Shown piece by piece: positions 59,253-64,000 of a stretch of DNA of 64,000 nt (position 1 is its first letter; each line of letters starts with the position of its first letter). The notes under the pieces are model-generated. The model saw only the letters and a list, made by a program, of their open reading frames with translations. It was not told the origin of the DNA and searched no databases. Source of the stretch: Bacteroidia bacterium (GTDB taxonomy: Bacteria; Bacteroidota; Bacteroidia; NS11-12g; UBA955); the NCBI GenBank assembly GCA_044341025.1, contig JBIISM010000006.1:7581-71580 (forward strand), in the 5' to 3' direction. The position numbers were made by a program, and so were the translations under genes.

Positions 59253-60246
59253 CCCGAACTTGGTCGTTCGTTATCATTTCTATGCAGGGATTTTCGGGCT
59301 GCACACAATGCATTTGGTCGCATGGATTGCATTTTAAAACATGGTGTATGACTATTGATTTTTGAGACAAGGGATAAAAAATGTCTGGAACTCCTGGACC
59401 GAACAAACCAATCACCGGAATCCCCATAGCCGATGCAATTTGCAAAGGACCACTTTCATTCCCTAAATAAATTGTGGCCTGCTTACAAAGTGCCGAAAAC
59501 TGCGACAGGCTATAGCCTTGGGTAAATGTATAGGTCTGAAAATTAAGCCCCTTTTTTATGTCTTCGATATCGGCTTCGTCTTCAGCAGTTCCTGCAAATA
59601 CAATATCCAATTGGTAAACGTTTTTTAAATAGTCTAGCGCTTTTGCAAATCTATCTTTCGGCCATTGTCTCAGTTTTTTTCGTGCACCAGCATGCACCAC
59701 TACAAAGCGTTTGATTTGATTTTCTTCTAAAAACTTATGGACCACCGCCTCATCATCCTTGCTGTAAAACAATGGTGTTTGGGGTATTTCAATATTTCCT
59801 GTTATTGGCCAAACAGTTTCAGTATTCGTTATGGTTTCATGCAGTTGCTTGCCCTTGTTGCGCAAACGGACCTCTGCTCGAGATGTGCGGTATTTTATCC
59901 CATAGCGAAATGACTTCCATAAGGTTTTCCAATTGCCCCTCATTTCAATAACCGCATCGTATGGTTTGCTAAAATCATCTAGGCTACAAAGCACTTCATC
60001 AATGCTTGGATCGTTTTCTATTAATGGTTTTACAAATGGTTTGCACAAAACGGTTAATTGTGCTTCAGGAAAGCTTTTTTTAATGGCTGTAAAAACATGG
60101 GCAGAAGCCGCCATATCGCCAATTTCATCCCAACGCAGAACCAAAATTGACTTCAAGGTTTTAGGATTCTGTTTAAACCAGAACCGATTAACCAACACAT
60201 TGGCTAAAAATAAAATCTGCTCGCTGCTTGGGAGTTTTATACGCAT
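59227..60246 (-). CDS. Glycosyltransferase family 9 (LPS heptosyltransferase-like)
   Basis: The region ILVLRWDEIGDMAASAHVFTAIKKSFPEAQLTVLCKPFVKPLIENDPSIDEV is typical of GT9. The donor-binding motif GNESGPLQIASAMGIPVIGLFGP is in the C-terminal half. Confidence 0.8.
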   Translation of the reverse strand: MRIKLPSSEQILFLANVLVNRFWFKQNPKTLKSILVLRWDEIGDMAASAHVFTAIKKSFPEAQLTVLCKPFVKPLIENDPSIDEVLCSLDDFSKPYDAVIEMRGNWKTLWKSFRYGIKYRTSRAEVRLRNKGKQLHETITNTETVWPITGNIEIPQTPLFYSKDDEAVVHKFLEENQIKRFVVVHAGARKKLRQWPKDRFAKALDYLKNVYQLDIVFAGTAEDEADIEDIKKGLNFQTYTFTQGYSLSQFSALCKQATIYLGNESGPLQIASAMGIPVIGLFGPGVPDIFYPLSQKSIVIHHVLKCNPCDQMHCVQPENPCIEMITNDQVRGAINEILH

Positions 60247-60980
60247 GGATACACTAAAATGCGCGAAGGCACTGCATCTGTCTCAATTTTTGGCACTTGA
60301 ATATTTAAAACATAATTTCCGTCTGCAATAGAATTTGGAACGTAAATTAATTCTGTAATGGTTCTATTTGCAGGGGCTTTGCCATCCACTAAAAACCAAT
60401 TTTTATGCGCAGCCAAACGGCCTTCATCGCTTTCTTTGTCAATACTTGGCAAGTCGGTTAAAATGTGCTTGAAACCCAAATTTTGCAAATAACTTAAAAC
60501 TTCCGGATCGAAATAAACAGGATTTTTTCCTGAATAATTCTGATAAGATTTATCGGCTTCATTTGGCAAAGTTCTGAACACAATGGCTTCAAAGTTTTCA
60601 AGATTGTTCAAAGCTTCGATGGCATTCATATCAATGCAAGAATCCTCTCCAATTTGAGAGGGCTGTACACTGAAAATTTTACACATTTGCAGAACAGGGA
60701 TTTGAATATTGCGCATATCGAAGTCCACCGGCAGCACATGCAATGCACATTCGGTGTGCGTAGCAGAGGCATGCGGGTAGAAGCTAATGCGTTCGCAATT
60801 AACGCTGCCACCGGCGGTCAAACTGCCCACAAATGCTTCACTTTTAAAATACTCGAAAGTTGGGCCATCCAAGTAGTAACAATTCACATTGTCATGCTTA
60901 TTAAGTGCGAGACTTAAATCGATAAAATTATTGGCCTCAAATTTATAGACCTTTGAATGCTGTTCAAATTGTATCCACAT
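60237..60980 (-). CDS. Cyclase-family protein (kynurenine formamidase-like fold)
   Basis: The region HASATHTECALH resembles the HxGTHxDxPxH motif of the putative cyclase family. Overlaps the GT9 gene by 10 nt. Confidence 0.55.
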   Translation of the reverse strand: MWIQFEQHSKVYKFEANNFIDLSLALNKHDNVNCYYLDGPTFEYFKSEAFVGSLTAGGSVNCERISFYPHASATHTECALHVLPVDFDMRNIQIPVLQMCKIFSVQPSQIGEDSCIDMNAIEALNNLENFEAIVFRTLPNEADKSYQNYSGKNPVYFDPEVLSYLQNLGFKHILTDLPSIDKESDEGRLAAHKNWFLVDGKAPANRTITELIYVPNSIADGNYVLNIQVPKIETDAVPSRILVYPCV

Positions 60981-61046
60981 TTAAGGGCGAAAGTAATGTT
61001 TTTAAATGAAATTGTTTAAATTTGAGGCGCAGATACGTGCATTGAA

Positions 61047-62198
61047 TTGAATAATTACACCATAAAAAAATACATCAAAATCATACTCTTGCTGATGGCA
61101 CTTGCCATTGGATTGTTTTCTTTGCACTATTCAAACCGAATGGTTGTAAAACTTTCTAAAGAGGAAAGAAAAAAAATCAGCCAATGGGCTGAGGCACAAG
61201 AACTCATTGCAAAGGCAGATCCAGAACAAGACATTTCCTTTTATGCCAAAATCGTAGAATCTAACACCACCATCCCTGTCTTTCTTGCTGATGAATCGGG
61301 TTATTTGACTTTCCGGAATATAGACACAAGTCTGATCCGATCAAAACGACAGATAAAAAATTATTTCGAAGAGTTAAAAGCCGAAACCGCTCCGATTGAA
61401 ATAAAAATCACAAACGACTATAGCCAATATGTGTACCACGACGAATCGTCTATTCTCAAACAACTTAAAATCTATCCTTTTATTCAACTCGGCATAGTCG
61501 GTTTGTTTGTTGTTGTAAGCTATTTTGCATTCAGTTACAGCCGCAGGGCTGAAGAAAACCAAGTTTGGGTTGGCTTGGCTAAAGAAACCGCCCATCAACT
61601 CGGAACACCAATGAGTTCATTGATGGGTTGGGTCGAATTAATTGAAACCGACAAGAGTTTTGCCACCTCCGAATCTTTGGGTGAAATGCGCAAAGACCTT
61701 GACCGTTTAAAAGTGATTACCGAGCGTTTTTCAAAAATTGGCTCAGTGCCCATTATTGCAAAAAGCGATATTTCACAGCAGCTGCAGTTGGCCATCGAAT
61801 ACATCAAAACCAGGAGTTCAGATGAGGTGGTATACCTTTACGAGTCGCAAGCCATTGGCGCCATGGCTAACATCAATGTTCCATTGTTCGATTGGGTTAT
61901 AGAAAATATTTGCAAAAATGCCATGGATGCAATGGAAGGCCGGGGAACCATTACCATTAAATGTACAAGCAAAGGCGAGAACATTGTTATTGACATTACA
62001 GACACCGGAAAGGGCATGCCGAAAGGCTTTTTTAAGCGGGTCTTTAAGCCAGGATTTACAACCAAACGCAGAGGTTGGGGACTTGGATTGTCTTTGGTAA
62101 AAAGAATCGTAGAAAATTACCACGAGGGACATATTTTTGTGAGCGAAAGTATACCCAACAAAAAAACCACTTTTAGAATCATATTGAAACAAGCATGA
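61047..62198 (+). CDS. Sensor histidine kinase (2 TM + periplasmic domain + HisKA + HATPase_c), orphan
   Basis: H-box AHQLGTPMSSLMGWVELI. The ATP lid reads DTGKGMP...GWGLGLSLV. No response regulator is encoded nearby. Confidence 0.8.
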   Translation: MNNYTIKKYIKIILLLMALAIGLFSLHYSNRMVVKLSKEERKKISQWAEAQELIAKADPEQDISFYAKIVESNTTIPVFLADESGYLTFRNIDTSLIRSKRQIKNYFEELKAETAPIEIKITNDYSQYVYHDESSILKQLKIYPFIQLGIVGLFVVVSYFAFSYSRRAEENQVWVGLAKETAHQLGTPMSSLMGWVELIETDKSFATSESLGEMRKDLDRLKVITERFSKIGSVPIIAKSDISQQLQLAIEYIKTRSSDEVVYLYESQAIGAMANINVPLFDWVIENICKNAMDAMEGRGTITIKCTSKGENIVIDITDTGKGMPKGFFKRVFKPGFTTKRRGWGLGLSLVKRIVENYHEGHIFVSESIPNKKTTFRIILKQA

Positions 62199-62788
62199 AC
62201 AAATATTATATAAGTTTAATTTCGCTTTGTGCAGCACTGCCATTTGCCCAGGCCCAGGTAACAGATACGATTGTTGCAGAGCCCTTTATAGAATCGGCAG
62301 ATGAAATGCCTCCGCCAATGATGATGGATGGCGACGCATGGGACCAAGCAGTCGCAGTTGAAGCACCTGCAGAGGCATATGAACCCTTTAACCAAATCAA
62401 AACCAATTATAAATTAAAGCCAGTAAGCAACCCAGATAAAAAAGCGCATTACAGCGAAGGTGTCCGTGCTTTATTGGACAATATTTACTTGAATTTAAGA
62501 ATGCCTTATTACGGTGTTTCGAATATGAAATTAGGGGATGCCCAATTTGTCTTATTTCAAGTAACTGTTGGAAAAGATTCTTCTTTATACAATGCGGAAA
62601 CCCTCAGCACTCCAGGATCAACTTACACAAACAACGCCAAAGAATGTTTGGAAAATTTGCCATTCAAATTTATCCCCGCCACAAAAAACGGCAAGCCAGT
62701 AGACAGCATTCTTATTATCCCTTTCAGATTTGAAGGGAATTTAGATTACTACCAGATCTATGACGTTTACGGAAATATAGAAAAATAA
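62195..62788 (+). CDS. Secreted TonB-C-like domain protein
   Basis: Signal peptide MNKYYISLISLCAALPFAQAQ. The C-terminal ~90 aa follow the TonB-C pattern (..VLFQVTVGKDSSLYNAETLS...PFKFIPATKNGKPVDSILIIPFRFE). Overlaps the kinase stop by 4 nt. Confidence 0.45.
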   Translation: MNKYYISLISLCAALPFAQAQVTDTIVAEPFIESADEMPPPMMMDGDAWDQAVAVEAPAEAYEPFNQIKTNYKLKPVSNPDKKAHYSEGVRALLDNIYLNLRMPYYGVSNMKLGDAQFVLFQVTVGKDSSLYNAETLSTPGSTYTNNAKECLENLPFKFIPATKNGKPVDSILIIPFRFEGNLDYYQIYDVYGNIEK

Positions 62789-62801
62789 AGCCCATTTACT
62801 G

Positions 62802-63578
62802 ATGCCAGAATTTATACTCATAAACAAGCAAGTGGCGCCTTTTGTCGCGCACGTGCAACTGAACAGACCTAAAGAACTTAACGCACTCAACCTCGAGTTG
62901 ATGTTGGAAATAAAGCAAGCTTTAATCGATTTGGACAACGACCCAGAGGTTAGAGCCATTGTATTAAGCGGCAACGAACGCGCATTTGCGGCAGGTGCCG
63001 ACATCAAACAAATGGCAGGACGCACGGCCATTGACATGCTAAAAATTGATCAGTTTTCAACTTGGGACAGCATCCGTAAAACAAAAAAACCGATGGTTGC
63101 TGCCATCAGCGGATTTGCGCTTGGTGGTGGATGCGAATTGGCCATGATTTGCGACATGATTGTTGCCAGTGAAACCGCCCAGTTCGGGCAACCCGAAATC
63201 AACATCGGCATAATGCCCGGAGCCGGGGGCACACAAAGATTAACCAGAATAGTTGGAAAAAACAAGGCCATGGAAATGGTTTTAACTGGTACATTTATTT
63301 CTGCTGAACAAGCCAAAGAATATGGCTTGGTAAACAAAATAGTGCCTGTTGAATTTTATCTTTCTGAAGCCATCAAAATGGCAGCTTTGATTGCAGAGAA
63401 ATCGCCAATAGCAGTTCAAATGGCCAAAGAAAGTGTATTGCGTGCCTACGAAATGCCTTTGCAAGAAGCCTTGTATTTTGAACGCAAAAACTTTTATTTG
63501 TTGTTTGCCACAGAAGACCAAAAAGAAGGCATGGCGGCTTTTGTTGAAAAACGAAAAGCCAATTTCCAAGGCAAGTAA
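62802..63578 (+). CDS. Enoyl-CoA hydratase/isomerase family protein (crotonase)
   Basis: The region RPKELNALN...ERAFAAGADIKQM and the catalytic GGGCELAMICD are the crotonase signature. Confidence 0.9.
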   Translation: MPEFILINKQVAPFVAHVQLNRPKELNALNLELMLEIKQALIDLDNDPEVRAIVLSGNERAFAAGADIKQMAGRTAIDMLKIDQFSTWDSIRKTKKPMVAAISGFALGGGCELAMICDMIVASETAQFGQPEINIGIMPGAGGTQRLTRIVGKNKAMEMVLTGTFISAEQAKEYGLVNKIVPVEFYLSEAIKMAALIAEKSPIAVQMAKESVLRAYEMPLQEALYFERKNFYLLFATEDQKEGMAAFVEKRKANFQGK

Positions 63579-63580
63579 TT

Positions 63581-64000
63581 CTAAAGGGATTGGATAATAC
63601 CCAAACTGTGGTAAGCACTTAAAATTGCTTTTTGGTTTTTAACCTGCAATTCTATCCACTTTATTTTTGCATTCAAATAGCTTATTTCTCGGGCATTGAT
63701 CATAAACAATGAACTTTCGCCAGCATTAAATATTTGCTTTTCAGCTTCTAACATTTGGGCATACTGTTTCACCGTTTCTGTATACAATTTCAATTGCTCA
63801 GCGCTTAAAACACATTCGTTGATATTGGCTTGCGCTTTGTTGTTCAACTCTAGATTTTTTTGTTTAATAGCCAATTCTGTTTCTTGAATAATCAGCTCCA
63901 TCACACGCAAATCACCACGCTCCTTGCGCAGTAAAATTGGCATACTTAACCCAATTCCCCAATTGTAATTATTGCTCGAATAATTGGCAAAAGGCGCACT
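63581..64000 (-). CDS. TolC-family outer membrane efflux protein (C-terminal part; N-terminus lies beyond the window end)
   Basis: The C-terminal coiled-coil/beta-strand region reads ...PFANYSSNNYNWGIGLSMPILL...AQANINECVLSAEQLKLYTE. The frame is open to position 64000. Confidence 0.7.
   Translation of the reverse strand, partial: SAPFANYSSNNYNWGIGLSMPILLRKERGDLRVMELIIQETELAIKQKNLELNNKAQANINECVLSAEQLKLYTETVKQYAQMLEAEKQIFNAGESSLFMINAREISYLNAKIKWIELQVKNQKAILSAYHSLGIIQSL

Noticed and set aside
1-64000. CRISPR arrays, IS elements, integrases, tRNA or rRNA genes
   Set aside because: No direct-repeat/spacer periodicity, no transposase or integrase-like ORF and no tRNA cloverleaf was found. The islet at 27.9-32.6 kb has no flanking direct repeats I could identify by eye.

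Overview
This is a 64-kb chromosomal segment of a Bacteroidota genome (probably Flavobacteriia-, Cytophagia- or Sphingobacteriia-like), about 40% GC. The phylum call rests on a fused lpxC-fabZ gene, a fused E1 alpha/beta 2-oxoacid dehydrogenase, three T9SS C-terminal sorting domains and an absence of Shine-Dalgarno sites. Most of the window is conserved housekeeping: rlmI, purL, mazG, pyrE, the HD-lpxD-lpxC/fabZ-lpxA operon, rlmF, mdh, pcm, glmS, the accC-accB-fabH-plsX-rpmF-yceD-bamA-uppS block, a cyclophilin and an enoyl-CoA hydratase. Three large secreted T9SS cargo proteins are interspersed: two with a type A sorting domain, and one 1180-aa PKD/Ig-repeat adhesin with a type B 'gliding motility-associated' CTD. 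The most unusual region is a tightly packed minus-strand operon at 52777->45087. It encodes four lipoproteins and a Tat-signal DUF1501 (sulfatase-like) protein directly upstream of the type B adhesin. The lipoproteins look like a split Bacteroidota version of the Planctomycete DUF1549/PSCyt-DUF1501 module. Other accessory signals are a low-GC islet at 27.9-32.6 kb, two pseudogene remnants (an lpxB N-terminal remnant and an orphan type B CTD tail), a minimal SET-domain protein coupled to rlmF, a tandem pair of paralogous outer-membrane beta-barrel genes, and an orphan histidine kinase coupled to a TonB-C-like protein. The islet carries a CAP/SCP-like secreted protein, a second secreted protein and a transglutaminase-like protein with an atypical Shine-Dalgarno site. 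No rRNA, tRNA, CRISPR array or recognisable transposase was seen.
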